Positions 38,867 to 49,758 of a stretch of DNA of 64,000 nt are shown here, piece by piece. Where the stretch lies: the IMG/VR virus record IMGVR_UViG_3300047157_000138, positions 1,083-65,082 of that record. One strand, written 5' to 3'. Both the position numbers and the translations under genes were made by a program. Under the pieces are notes generated by a model. The model worked only from the letters and a program-made list of their open reading frames with translations. It made no database searches and was not told where the DNA came from. This DNA comes from a virus. Its lineage: Duplodnaviria > Caudoviricetes. Each line of letters begins with the position of its first letter. The stretch's first letter is position 1.

Positions 38867-41800
38867 ATGGGATACGGAAAAACATATAAAACTAAATGGC
38901 TTGAGGATTTAAGTGGTAACCAAGGTACTGCTAATCAGGTCCTGATTTCAACATCGTCAGGTATTGCTTGGGCAACGGCTTCCACTATTATAGGTGGCCC
39001 TTACCTACCACTTTCTGGTGGTACAATGACTGGTAATACCACTCATGGAGATAATGTGAGATCTCTTTACGGAGCAAGCAGCGACATGCAAATATACCAT
39101 GACGGGTCTAATAGTTATGTTAGGGATGTAGGAACTGGTAGATTGTGGATAGATTCAAATGGCCAAGGAGTGAGTATTATATCTGATGGTAGCGGTTCAA
39201 CACCAATGGCTCATTTCTATAAAGATGGAGCGGTAGAACTTTATCACAATAATGTAAGAAGATTTAGAACAAACGATTTAGGTGGAGTAAGTATCGATCA
39301 TACTAGCGGCAGTCTTGGAAACAGTTTTTTCGGAGGAGTTAGTGGAGCTAGTAACGGATTCCAAATTGCTAATTCGAGTAGTAATGAAATTACTTATACA
39401 TTTCAGAACGGGAGTAATTCTCAAGTTTTAAAGATACTAAATAACGGCAACGTTGGGATTGGTACTACTAGTCCTGATGAAAAATTAAGAGTTGATGGTA
39501 ATATCAAATCTGCTGGAGATTTTATAGGTGCTGCTTTAAAGTTAGGTTTTGCTGGTTCTGCAAATATAACTACAAATGATACTAATGAAGATTTATTAAT
39601 AAACCCTAACGGAAGTGGAGATATACTAATGCATACAACTTCCACAGGCAACGTAGGTATAGGGACTAGTAGTCCTATTGCTAAGTTAGAGGTTGATGGC
39701 GATATACACCCTGCGTCAAATGTTTCTTATAGTTTAGGCTCATCAGCAAAATCATTTCTATTTACAAATACCTATGCAGTTAGTAGCGCAGGGAACTTGC
39801 AGCTCCTTGCAGGAGGCTCAGAAGCTATGCGCATAATCTCCTCAGGTAACGTAGGAATAGGGACTACATCTCCTTTAGCAAAAACTCACATATCAGCTTC
39901 CGGAAACTTGGCTATTCCGGGATTAGATGCAACATTAGGAACTGCAACATCTTTAGCTATTGGTAATAACGGAGGAACTGTTGTTTTAGCTGCCGGTGTA
40001 AGTAATACAAACGTATCTTGGTTACAAGGTAGACAAGGAACCGGAACGGGTAATGCTTTTAATATTTCGTTAAACCCATTAGGAGGTAACGTAGGTATTG
40101 GAACTGCAAGTCCAAGTGCTAATTTAGATATAGAAGATTCTAGTGGAGTTACTGTTGATATAAACAGTACAAGTGGAGATGGATTGTTTAGATTCCAAAG
40201 TGCTGGAACAACAAAATGGTCTATGGGGAGAGATAATACACAACAAAATTTTGTTATTGCTAATTCTTCTGGTTTAGGTGTGTCTAATGTATTAACGTTG
40301 GCTCATTCTACAGGTAACGTAGGAATAGGGACGACTAGTCCTGGCACAGCCTTGCAAGTTGGTGGATTAGATGATGGTAGTAATTATGATATAACATTAG
40401 GTTGGAACGCTGTTAGTTCTCAAGCCGTAGGTACTAAAAGATCTGCTTTAACTTTCAAGACTAGTCAAACAGCAGTTAACAACGAAGACATATACAAGTG
40501 GGATATAGCTATGGTTACGGCACCTGCTACTGCCTCAAACGAGCCTTTTGGTTCTAATTTAGCTTTCTTAAGAAGCACAAGAAGTTCAACATCTGTTGAT
40601 GAAACAACCATGATACTTACACAGTCGGGCAACGTCGGGATTGGGGTAACAAATCCTCAAGATTTCAACACTGAGGCTAATAATTTAGTTATTGGTACAG
40701 GGTCAGGAGCGGAAGGAATGACAATCTACGGAGGGTCTTCTGGAGGGTCTTATATCTATTTTGCAGACGGAACAAGTGGGTCTGCTCTATACGAAGGCTT
40801 CCTTCAGTACCGACATTCAGAGAGAGCTATGCGTTTTGGTGTTGGTACAGGAGTGAAGATGACATTAGATGTAAATGGCCGCCTTGGTATCGGGACGACG
40901 AATCCTAAAGGAAAACTAGAAATTCAAAGGTCACAAGTTACGACTCAATTTGATAGAGATTGTTTTTTAAGACTGCACCCTACAGCAACAACTAACAGTG
41001 GTGGGTTTACCAATATGATGTTTGGAACATCAGCTACTAATAATTATGGAGTTGCCATAGGTGGTAAAAAAGCAGGAACTGGTGATACAAGTTCCAACAA
41101 TAATCCTGAATTTTCTGTAAGAATATTAAATGATTCAATTACAGGAACAGAAGTATTAAATATAAATACTGCTGGTAACGCAACTTTTTCAGGGGATGTA
41201 AGCTTAGCGGATAATAAAAAAATAACTTTTGGAGCTGCTCCTGACTTTGAGATATATCACAATTCTACAACAAACGTAAACCATATATCTTCACTACTCG
41301 GTAGACAATTATCTATAAGTTCAGATGCAACAATTTTTTCTGGTAATGTAGGAATAGGGACTACTGCTCCGAGTGAGAAGTTGGAAGTAAATGGTATTAT
41401 AAAAGCAGTACACACAGATAACACTTATGCAAAACTTAAAGGTACGGGCTTATATTTCAACAGAAGTAATGTTTATATAGCACCCGAAGGAGATAACGTT
41501 TCAGCACTTAATGTAGGTTTAAATGGTCAAAGATGGTCACAATTAAAACTTAATGCTGATACCTTTACAATTTCAAGAGCAGCAGTTGAATTTATGAGGG
41601 TTACAAGTAGTGGTAACGTTGGGATAGGAACTACAAGTCCTAGTGAGAAGTTGGGAGTTGTTGGGAATGCAAATGTTCTCGGTAAATTTGCAGTAGGTAT
41701 TTCTGCTGCACACCCAAGTCTTGATTTTTATAACAATGGAACTGCTTATTTTAATGGATCTACAACAGTAGATGATAATTTCTTTGTTACTAATGGTAAC

Positions 41801-42010
41801 GTAGGGGTAGGGACTGCATCTCCAAATGCTTCATCTTTACTTGATGTTTCAAGTACAACAAAAGGTGTTCTATTACCAAGAATGACCACAACACAAGTAA
41901 ATGCCATATCATCTCCAGCAAATGGACTTACAGTATATAACACAACCTTAAACACTTTATGCTTTTACAACGGAACAAGTTGGCAAAAAGTTACAAGTGC
42001 AAATATGTAA
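38867..42010 (+). CDS. Long tail fibre with about 10 GNVGIGT.SP repeats
   Basis: YLPLSGGTMTG; repeated GNVGIGT(T/A/S)SP; C-term LDVSSTTKGVLLPRMTT...GLTVYNT...YNGTSW. Confidence 0.8.
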   Translation: MGYGKTYKTKWLEDLSGNQGTANQVLISTSSGIAWATASTIIGGPYLPLSGGTMTGNTTHGDNVRSLYGASSDMQIYHDGSNSYVRDVGTGRLWIDSNGQGVSIISDGSGSTPMAHFYKDGAVELYHNNVRRFRTNDLGGVSIDHTSGSLGNSFFGGVSGASNGFQIANSSSNEITYTFQNGSNSQVLKILNNGNVGIGTTSPDEKLRVDGNIKSAGDFIGAALKLGFAGSANITTNDTNEDLLINPNGSGDILMHTTSTGNVGIGTSSPIAKLEVDGDIHPASNVSYSLGSSAKSFLFTNTYAVSSAGNLQLLAGGSEAMRIISSGNVGIGTTSPLAKTHISASGNLAIPGLDATLGTATSLAIGNNGGTVVLAAGVSNTNVSWLQGRQGTGTGNAFNISLNPLGGNVGIGTASPSANLDIEDSSGVTVDINSTSGDGLFRFQSAGTTKWSMGRDNTQQNFVIANSSGLGVSNVLTLAHSTGNVGIGTTSPGTALQVGGLDDGSNYDITLGWNAVSSQAVGTKRSALTFKTSQTAVNNEDIYKWDIAMVTAPATASNEPFGSNLAFLRSTRSSTSVDETTMILTQSGNVGIGVTNPQDFNTEANNLVIGTGSGAEGMTIYGGSSGGSYIYFADGTSGSALYEGFLQYRHSERAMRFGVGTGVKMTLDVNGRLGIGTTNPKGKLEIQRSQVTTQFDRDCFLRLHPTATTNSGGFTNMMFGTSATNNYGVAIGGKKAGTGDTSSNNNPEFSVRILNDSITGTEVLNINTAGNATFSGDVSLADNKKITFGAAPDFEIYHNSTTNVNHISSLLGRQLSISSDATIFSGNVGIGTTAPSEKLEVNGIIKAVHTDNTYAKLKGTGLYFNRSNVYIAPEGDNVSALNVGLNGQRWSQLKLNADTFTISRAAVEFMRVTSSGNVGIGTTSPSEKLGVVGNANVLGKFAVGISAAHPSLDFYNNGTAYFNGSTTVDDNFFVTNGNVGVGTASPNASSLLDVSSTTKGVLLPRMTTTQVNAISSPANGLTVYNTTLNTLCFYNGTSWQKVTSANM

Positions 42011-42041
42011 TAAATAAATTAATAAATAAAAAACAAAAATT

Positions 42042-42404
42042 ATGATTACTTACGAATGGAATTGCAAAACAGTAGACTGCTATGTTGAAACGCAAGGCGA
42101 ATCTGATGTAGTGTACAATGTGCACTGGATCGTAAACGGAGCTTCAGAGGCTTTAGATCCAGAAGGAAATCCTTACGTATCTACTAGTATTGGAACACAG
42201 GCTTTAAATATAGATGATATTACTGACTTTATACCTTTTGACCAGGTTACAAACGAAAAAGTTGTAGAGTGGACTAAAAGCGCAATGGGAGAAGAACAAG
42301 TAGCATCTATTGAAGCGGGTATTGCATCGGCTATTGAGTTACTTATAAACCCAGTTACTGTTACACTGCAGTTAGTGGATACTATGGACATACCTCAAGA
42401 TTAA
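42042..42404 (+). CDS. Tail-fibre-associated acidic protein (possible assembly chaperone)
   Basis: Follows the fibre gene; VVYNVHW, FIPFDQVT...V.EW. Confidence 0.55.
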   Translation: MITYEWNCKTVDCYVETQGESDVVYNVHWIVNGASEALDPEGNPYVSTSIGTQALNIDDITDFIPFDQVTNEKVVEWTKSAMGEEQVASIEAGIASAIELLINPVTVTLQLVDTMDIPQD

Positions 42405-42423
42405 TTAAAAAAAAACAATAAAA

Positions 42424-42714
42424 ATGGGACAATACGCAAATCAGCCAGATTTTGGCACAGAAGCAGCTGCGGTAACTGCTAGTAATACTATAAGTAATGC
42501 AAAAGATTTAAAAGGTGCTTGCTTATACGTAGGAACTGGTGGTCACGTTAAAGTAATATTAGCGGGAGTAACCGGGGCTAGTGGGTCTGGTTTACCTACA
42601 GCTTCAGAAGCAGTAATTTTTAAGAATATACCAGATGGGTCATTTTTACCTGTAATAGTAAGTTACGTATTAGCTACAGGTACAACGGCTACGGATTTAA
42701 TATCTATTAAGTAA
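42424..42714 (+). CDS. Small structural (spike-base-like) protein
   Basis: LYVGTGGHVKV...F.NIPDGSFLPV.V..V.ATGTTA. Confidence 0.55.
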   Translation: MGQYANQPDFGTEAAAVTASNTISNAKDLKGACLYVGTGGHVKVILAGVTGASGSGLPTASEAVIFKNIPDGSFLPVIVSYVLATGTTATDLISIK

Positions 42715-42866
42715 TGGGAGGTCAATCCATAGGCAATGGTATATGGTGGCCAATAACTAAAACGATTATACCAGGGTTAATAGCGAGGTTGTGCGCAAGG
42801 GCTACGTATTGTGAAAATAAATCTTGTACCACTGCGACATTAAAAAAATTAGAAAATATAACATAA
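42714..42866 (+). CDS. Hypothetical 50-aa protein
   Basis: Manual translation MGGQSIGNGIWWPITKTIIPGLIARLCARATYCENKSCTTATLKKLENIT; fills the gap. Confidence 0.5.
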   Translation: MGGQSIGNGIWWPITKTIIPGLIARLCARATYCENKSCTTATLKKLENIT

Positions 42867-42872
42867 TATAAC

Positions 42873-45800
42873 ATGTCAAATCTACTGAAAAAAGCATCAA
42901 TAATTACTACACCCACCGCCTATGATGACGGTAGAATTTTAAGTGTTAAGCCTAGCGAAAATTTATATGGCCCTGAACTTGTAACCAACGGAGATTTTAG
43001 TAATGGAACTACAGGGTGGAGTAGTCCAGATTATAATTCTACGTTGTCAATAGTAAATGGACAAATGAAAATTGTAAGCACCCTGTCCTTAGGTAGGGTA
43101 TCACAAGCAATAACAACTGAAGTAGGTAAAAAGTATTTAATAAGTGCAACTACTACCAATATAGATAGTAGTACTGGTACTCAAATTAAGGTTTCTAATG
43201 CAGCTAATTTAGATGGTGCTACTTATAGTTCAGAATTTAATGCAACTACAAACCCTTTAACTATTACGCATAGATTTATAGCAACTGCAACAACAACTTA
43301 TATAGGAAGTTCGCAAGGCTCAAGCGTTGGACAATCTGCTTTATTAGACAATGTTTCAGTAGTAGAAGATTTAAGTGGAGATTTTGACTTTTCAAGAGGT
43401 AGTGCTGCGACAAGAGTTAATGCACAAGGTTTAGTAGAAAACGTACAGATACTATCAAGTGAATTAGCACAGAACGGAAACTTTAGTGAAATAGGTTCAG
43501 AAGAAGTATCTAACGGAAATTTTAGTCAAGAGGGTAGTGAGTTAGTTACAAATGGAGATTTTAATAACGGTAGTACTGGTTGGGCAGGTGATGATGCAAC
43601 TTTAGATGTAAGCAATAATACTGGGAAAGTAGTAGTAATATCTAATAGTGTAGCTGGTATAAAAACAAACGGGGTAAATAGCTTTATTCAAGGTAAACAA
43701 TATAAATTAACTTTTGATATTGTTAGTGCAACTGGCGGGTTAGTCAGTGGTACTATAAAAGAATATTCTAATTCAAATATTGTAGGTTCTTGGAATGGGA
43801 TAGGCAGCTATACTATTTATTTTACATACCAAAGTTCATCATCGCAATTAAGATGGTTAAGTTCATCAAGCGTTGGGGATATATTAGAAATAGACAACGT
43901 ATCAGTAAAAGAAGTCGGTCAAAATTGGACGTTTGGAACTGGGTGGAATATGGGAGATAGCAAAGCAACTGTTACAAATTCATCTACTTCAAGTATTTAT
44001 CAAGATGTTTTGAATACTTCAAAATCATATAAAGTTACGTTTGAAATAACAGAAATAACAAGTGGTGGGTTAAGAATTGGAATAGGTCAAAATTTTAGTG
44101 ATTATTTTACACAAGTTGGAACTTATACTTATTATGGACAATCATCCCTTGATACTCTTCTTAGAATAAATCCATCAAGTGGAACAAACGCTTCAATAGA
44201 CAACGTATCAGTAAAAGAAGTAGGGCAAGATTGGGGCTTTACAAGTATTAAACTTATAGGAGCCAATACCTTTAAAAATACTGGTACTAATGGTAAACTT
44301 CAACAATCATATGCAAGTATTGTTGGTGCTAAATATAGACTTTCCTTTACTATAAATAGCGGAAATTGGAATGTGGTTGCTTCAACAGTTAATAATACTG
44401 CTGGAATTATTGAACAAACTGGAACAACATCAAATTCTGGAACGATTGAGTTTATAGCTGCTACAACAACAACATACATACTTTTATATAATATAGGTGC
44501 ATCTGGTACAGAAGCAAGTATAACAAATATATCATTATTGCAAGTAACAGATGATACAGACTTACCAAGAATAAACTACGAGGGTTTCAGTTATCAAGAT
44601 GTATTGGGGAGTGAACTTATTACTAATGGAGATTTTGCAGTAGACGGCAGTTGGGTTAAAGGCACAGGTTGGACTATAAGCGGTGGAAGTGCAAACGGCA
44701 GTAGCACAACTAGCGATTTATATCAAGAAAATGTAGTTGTAGCTGGTAAAAAATATAAAGTTACATACACTATTTCTAATTACGTTAGTGGCTCTGTAAG
44801 GGTTGAATTGCCAAATAATTCTTCCGCCGGAACAGAAAGGTCTGCAAATGGTACTTATACAGAAACAATTTTATCTGGAGGTACACTCGTTTTATTTGAT
44901 GCAAGAACATCTTTTACTGGCTCAATAGACAACGTGTCAGTTAAAGAAATAACTGGTCAAGAAGTAGTGCCTAATAGTGGATGTGGAAGCTGGTTATTTG
45001 AACCACAGAGTACTAATTTAATAACTTATTCAATCGAATTAACAAATAGTAGTTGGGTAAAGACAGGTGTCTGGAACTGGCATCTGCTCCAAGTGTAACA
45101 TCTAATTATTCTATTTCTCCAGATGGAACACAAAACGCAGACAGAGTTATTTTTAATTTAAACGGAGGTTCTGCGAATGCAGATGTTTCTCAAGTTTCTG
45201 CAACTCTTGGTTCAGTATCAAGTGCAAGTTATACTAATTCAGTTTACATAAAATCAAATACTGCAAATGATTATGATTTAGTTATCACTAAACCAAGTGG
45301 TGGTCACGTATGTACTAAAACCATTACTACTACAATGGCAAAGATTTGATACTACTGATACGAAGCGTAACTAATATAAGTATTAGAATTAGATTGAGAG
45401 GAGATGAATCAACATCTGATTTTGCAGATGTTTCTATTTGGGGGGTGCACAATTAGAAGAAGGCGATTACCCTACATCGTATATTCCTACATCTGGAGGT
45501 ACAGTAACGAGGGCGGAGGATACTTGTAAACGCTGGTAATGACCAAGTATTTAATTCAACAGAGGGAGTATTGTATGCGGAGATAAGTGCCTTTGCGGAT
45601 AATTTTGCAAAATAGATATATAAGTATTTGTGATGGAACTTTTGATAATGCGACATATATTATGGTGATGCAAGCAAATAATTTCCGCCCGTTTTAGAAG
45701 TGGTGGGGGAAGTTGTTAGCAATATGTTTTTCGCAGTTTCAAATATAACGGCATTAAATAAAGTAGCTATAAGTTGGAAATTAAATGATTTAAATTTTTT

Positions 45801-45977
45801 GTTAATGGTGTTGAAGCAGAGGATTAAATACAAGTGGTGTATTATCACCTACGGGTTTAAATACATTAGGTTTTCAGCAGACGAGGAGGAATGCCATTCT
45901 ACGGAAAAACAAGAAATTTAAAAGTTTACAACACCGCATTAACAGACGCAGAATTAATCGCATTAACAACAATTTAA
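42873..45977 (+). CDS. Tail/receptor-binding protein with multiple carbohydrate-binding-like (EL..NG.F...DNVSVKE) domains and a C-terminal LamG/ConA-like domain; 3' third frameshifted
   Basis: Scaffold [15 protein letters not shown] / PRINY / EPQSTNL; C-term fragments [29 protein letters not shown]. Confidence 0.75.
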
Positions 45978-45987
45978 AAAAATAATT

Positions 45988-46351
45988 ATGAATATTTACA
46001 AAACAGTATTTGATACTGAAGAACAAGGAAAAGAAGTTTTAATCGAAAAAGGTGTATGGGAAGAAGTAATCAGACGAAAATGGCGTTACATCTATGCAAT
46101 ATATCAACGGAACAAAATCAGTAGTTGTTATTGGTAAAATAGTAGATGTACCAGCGGCTTATGATAAAAAAGGTAGGGTTATAAAACCAGCTATTTATTA
46201 CCCAGGCCGGGCATACGATATAATGACAACAGATACATTAGATTTTGGAGATAAAGAAGTATATCCGGGAAATACATCTGCACATCAGTTTTATGGTTAT
46301 CCACGCGGAGCGGAAGTACCCAAAGAAGATATAGCGGAAGAAGAAGAATAA
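45988..46351 (+). CDS. Tail-associated hypothetical protein (one frameshift)
   Basis: ATG at 45988 joins the 46094-46351 ORF; ends AHQFYGYP. Confidence 0.5.
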
Positions 46352-46381
46352 GTCTCCGTTGTAATAAATAAGACATATAAT

Positions 46382-46412
46382 TGTAGCTTTTACAAATTAT
46401 ATGTGATTATAA
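46382..46412 (+). promoter_or_regulatory. Late-class promoter-like motif upstream of groEL
   Basis: TGTAGCTTT-N11-TGTGATTATA. Confidence 0.65.
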
Positions 46413-47801
46413 ATAACTAAAGATGGTGTAACTGTAGCGGAATTATCCGTATTATTAGATCCTGTTGAAAACATGGGAGCATCATTAGTTAAGCAAGCTG
46501 CTAGAAGAACGGTTGCTGAGGCTGGAGATGGAACAACAACCTCTACGGTATTAGCACATGCAATATTAAAGGAGTTTGCTAAATCACCTATGAAGTTTAC
46601 TAGTAGGGAAAAAAGAGATGCAATAAACAGCATTGTAGATAAAACTTTAAAGCATTTAGAAAAGCAAGCTAAACCGGTTAATGGGGATATGATAGATGAA
46701 GTTGCTACAATATCAACTAACAACGATGCAGAATTAGGTAAATTAATTGCTGATGCTTATAGAGCTGTAGATCTGACAGGAGTTGTTATGATGGAAACAG
46801 CCCAAGACGGTAATACGAGCATCGAAATAGTTGAAGGTGTGCAATACGAAAAAGGATTTACAAATAATCATTTTGTAACTAACCACGCAAGTAATACAGC
46901 AGAGTTAAGTAACCCTAAAATATTGTTAGTAGATTCAGCTGTAGATACTATTAGACAAATACAAACCATACTAGAGTATGTTATAAAGAATAACCTACCC
47001 TTACTTATAGTCGGTGATGTTGACGCTAAAGTTGCAGCAGCACTTGCAATGAATAAAAATAAAGGCTCTATAAAAGTCAATATAATTCCAGCTCCCACAC
47101 ATGGAGTAAATAGAAAAGAAATATTTGACGATTTAGCTTTGCTTACAGGAGCTACTGTAATAAGTGAAAACTTAGGTGATGATTTAGACCTTATTGATTT
47201 ATCATGTTTAGGTACTTGCGTAAAAGCCGTATCTACATTTAAAGATACTGTTTTTCAAATAGCTGATGAACAATCAGAAGATATTAAACTAATTATTGAA
47301 AGCATAAAAGAACAATTGCTTATAGAGAGCAATCCCAACAAAGTAGTTAAGCTTGAAAAAAGATTAGCTATGCTAGCTGCAAAACTTGCAATAGTAAAAG
47401 TTGGAGGTAATTCTGAGGTTGAATTAAATGAAAAGAAAGATAGAGTAGAAGATGCAATATGCGCAACTAAAGCTGCTATAAAAGAAGGTGTGGTTGCCGG
47501 TGGCGGAGTTGCACTAATTAATGCAATCCGAAGTATAAAACCAAAGTCATCTAGCGAAGAGCTAGTTATTGAAGCTTTGTATTATCCTTGCAAAACAATT
47601 ATGAAAAATGCAGGATTAGAATATGAGCCCATAAATAAAAAAGACTTTGGGGTTAATGTTGAGACTGGAAAAACAGTAAATATGTTTAAAGCAGGTATTA
47701 TAGATCCTGTATTAGTTACCAAGTCGGCATTAAAGAATGCTGCCTCAGTTGCTTCGACTATTTTGTCTACCAACTGTGTTATGTCTAACGTAAGAGGATA
47801 A
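46413..47801 (+). CDS. groEL: Phage chaperonin GroEL-like, N-terminal ~45-50 aa missing
   Basis: In-frame ITKDGVTVA...DPVENMGA from 46413; AGDGTTT, EKKDRVEDA, EGVVAGGG, GIIDP. Confidence 0.93.
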   Translation: MTKDGVTVAELSVLLDPVENMGASLVKQAARRTVAEAGDGTTTSTVLAHAILKEFAKSPMKFTSREKRDAINSIVDKTLKHLEKQAKPVNGDMIDEVATISTNNDAELGKLIADAYRAVDLTGVVMMETAQDGNTSIEIVEGVQYEKGFTNNHFVTNHASNTAELSNPKILLVDSAVDTIRQIQTILEYVIKNNLPLLIVGDVDAKVAAALAMNKNKGSIKVNIIPAPTHGVNRKEIFDDLALLTGATVISENLGDDLDLIDLSCLGTCVKAVSTFKDTVFQIADEQSEDIKLIIESIKEQLLIESNPNKVVKLEKRLAMLAAKLAIVKVGGNSEVELNEKKDRVEDAICATKAAIKEGVVAGGGVALINAIRSIKPKSSSEELVIEALYYPCKTIMKNAGLEYEPINKKDFGVNVETGKTVNMFKAGIIDPVLVTKSALKNAASVASTILSTNCVMSNVRG

Positions 47802-47802
47802 T

Positions 47803-48063
47803 ATGAACGCAATAGGTAGAAACATAATAATAAAAAAATTAAAAGAAGGTGTTACTAAAACTAAAGGGGGTTTACTCCTTGCTGAAACGCACCGTGAGGA
47901 TATAAGATACGTAGAAGCCACTGTGGTGTCTACAGGGTCTGAATGTGCGGGAATAAACAAAGATGATGTTATATACTATGATAGGCACGCTGGCCATAAG
48001 ATAGAACTAGATAAAGAAACCTATCACGTTATTAAAGCACAAGATGTAGTATTTGTTTTATGA
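47803..48063 (+). CDS. groES: Co-chaperonin GroES-like
   Basis: KTKGGLLL, ATVVSTG; adjacent to groEL. Confidence 0.88.
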   Translation: MNAIGRNIIIKKLKEGVTKTKGGLLLAETHREDIRYVEATVVSTGSECAGINKDDVIYYDRHAGHKIELDKETYHVIKAQDVVFVL

Positions 48064-48506
48064 GAAAGTTAACAGGTCAAGAATTAAAAGAAATAGGACT
48101 GTTAAAACATTATAGAGTAATACGAAGATGGGCTTGCAAAAAAACAGGTTTAACCGATGCTGATCTAGAACTTTTAATATATTTCGATTGTTTAGGTAAG
48201 TTTACAAGGAAAGACTTTGAAGATGGTATACTTATTTACTCTTGGGATAATAGGAGGTGGAATAGGCTGCTTAAAGAAGGCTGGATAGTCAAATGGAGGG
48301 GATACAACGGAGCTGATAAAACTTATAGTATATACGAAATCAGTTTTAGAACAAAAAATATAATACAACAGATTTATAGGATAATGCTCGGCAAAGAAGA
48401 TATACCAACTTCTAAAAGACGTAATCCAGCAATGAAACGAATTTCTTACAGTGATAAAACTTTAGCCACTGCTATAGAAAAAATTAACAAAGATAAAACA
48501 AGATAA
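48060..48506 (+). CDS. Conserved phage protein, possible winged-helix DNA binder
   Basis: LTDADLELLIY...RLLKEGWI...YEIS pattern resembles MarR-type wHTH. Confidence 0.45.
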   Translation: MRKLTGQELKEIGLLKHYRVIRRWACKKTGLTDADLELLIYFDCLGKFTRKDFEDGILIYSWDNRRWNRLLKEGWIVKWRGYNGADKTYSIYEISFRTKNIIQQIYRIMLGKEDIPTSKRRNPAMKRISYSDKTLATAIEKINKDKTR

Positions 48507-48508
48507 TT

Positions 48509-48841
48509 ATGTCAGGAATAACGTCAGCGGTTGGAGCAATGGGAAGTTTTTTTGCAGATAACCCAGCAATTAAAGCCATACAACAGGCTCAAAAAAGAAC
48601 GGAAGCTCAACCAGCAAGTCAAACAGCCGGAGTAGCTGGAGTCGCTCCTGTGTCGCCAGCGCCAGCAACAGATGCAAGCGCGTTAGAAGCTAGAATAGCC
48701 GCTTTGGAATCGGGGAACAGCTCGTCCGCACCATCTTCTATGGCTCCTCAAGCTATGGCTGTTGGCGAAAATATTTACGGTTCTCAAGAAGCAAGAAATA
48801 GATCTATTGATCCTAACATTTTTAACAGAAGATTTAATTAA
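48509..48841 (+). CDS. Hypothetical Ala/Pro-rich protein
   Basis: ORF in operon; LEARIAALE coil. Confidence 0.55.
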   Translation: MSGITSAVGAMGSFFADNPAIKAIQQAQKRTEAQPASQTAGVAGVAPVSPAPATDASALEARIAALESGNSSSAPSSMAPQAMAVGENIYGSQEARNRSIDPNIFNRRFN

Positions 48842-48849
48842 TAAACGAT

Positions 48850-49074
48850 ATGGAATATACAAAAAACACAAATCCTAGCCCCCCGGGTAATAGCCCTAAG
48901 GGAGTAGGTGAAAGCGCTTTATGGGACGGACCCTTAAGTCAAATGGGAAGACCTCACGGAAAAGGATCTTCATCAGGAATAAAAGGAATGCAAGTACTAA
49001 AGTATCCTAGTAGCTACGAGTCTAAGCCAATCACAGAGTGTGCTAAGAAAGGGCGATACAATGAATCTTACTAA
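48850..49074 (+). CDS. Hypothetical protein
   Basis: GVGESALWDGP...G.SSG..GM. Confidence 0.55.
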   Translation: MEYTKNTNPSPPGNSPKGVGESALWDGPLSQMGRPHGKGSSSGIKGMQVLKYPSSYESKPITECAKKGRYNESY

Positions 49075-49447
49075 AAATTTTAACAAGTCGGAGTTTGAAT
49101 GCAAGTGTGGGTGTGAAATGCCGGAAGAGGTATTATCTGAAATAACTAAACTTGCTGGCAATCTACAAGTCATTAGAGACTTTATAAGAAAGCCTATGAC
49201 TTTAACAAATGCTTACAGGTGTCCAAAGCACAACAAAGAAGTAGGAGGCGTACCTAACTCTCAGCATATATTAGGTAAAGCTTGTGATATTCAAGTAAAT
49301 GATATGTCCCCTAAAGAAGTGTTTGATACTATAGCAACCTTAATCGAACACGGTCATATATCCGAAGGCGGATTAGGATTGTATAATACTTTCGTGCATT
49401 ACGACATAAGAAAAACTAAAGCCCGTTGGGATAAAACATCAGAATAA
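49061..49447 (+). CDS. Peptidase M15-family endolysin candidate
   Basis: NF..SEF.CKC, AYRCPKHN..VGG..NSQH..GKACD, GLGLY.TFVHYDIR. Confidence 0.88.
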   Translation: MNLTKNFNKSEFECKCGCEMPEEVLSEITKLAGNLQVIRDFIRKPMTLTNAYRCPKHNKEVGGVPNSQHILGKACDIQVNDMSPKEVFDTIATLIEHGHISEGGLGLYNTFVHYDIRKTKARWDKTSE

Positions 49448-49758
49448 TGGCAACAAAAAAAGCAGCACCAAAAAAACGAGGTAAAGCTCCTTCCCGTAAA
49501 AAATCAGAGGGCAACTACGCAAAAGTAAAAAAGGGAAAAGGTACAGGTAAGAAAGCTGGTGGCGGAATGACCGCTAAAGGAGTTGCCAAGTACCGTAAAG
49601 ATAATCCTGGCAGCAAATTAAAAACTGCCGTGACTACACCTCCTTCAAAACTTAAGAAAGGTAGCAAGGCTGCTAAAAGACGTAAATCATTTTGCGCGAG
49701 ATCCAAAGGTTGGACGAGTGAAAGAGGATTAGCTGCACGAAGAAAATGGAACTGCTAA
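49447..49758 (+). CDS. Small basic protein (RRKSFCAR family)
   Basis: GGMTAKGVAKYR..NPGSKL, RRKSFCAR, RRKWNC. Confidence 0.7.
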   Translation: MATKKAAPKKRGKAPSRKKSEGNYAKVKKGKGTGKKAGGGMTAKGVAKYRKDNPGSKLKTAVTTPPSKLKKGSKAAKRRKSFCARSKGWTSERGLAARRKWNC

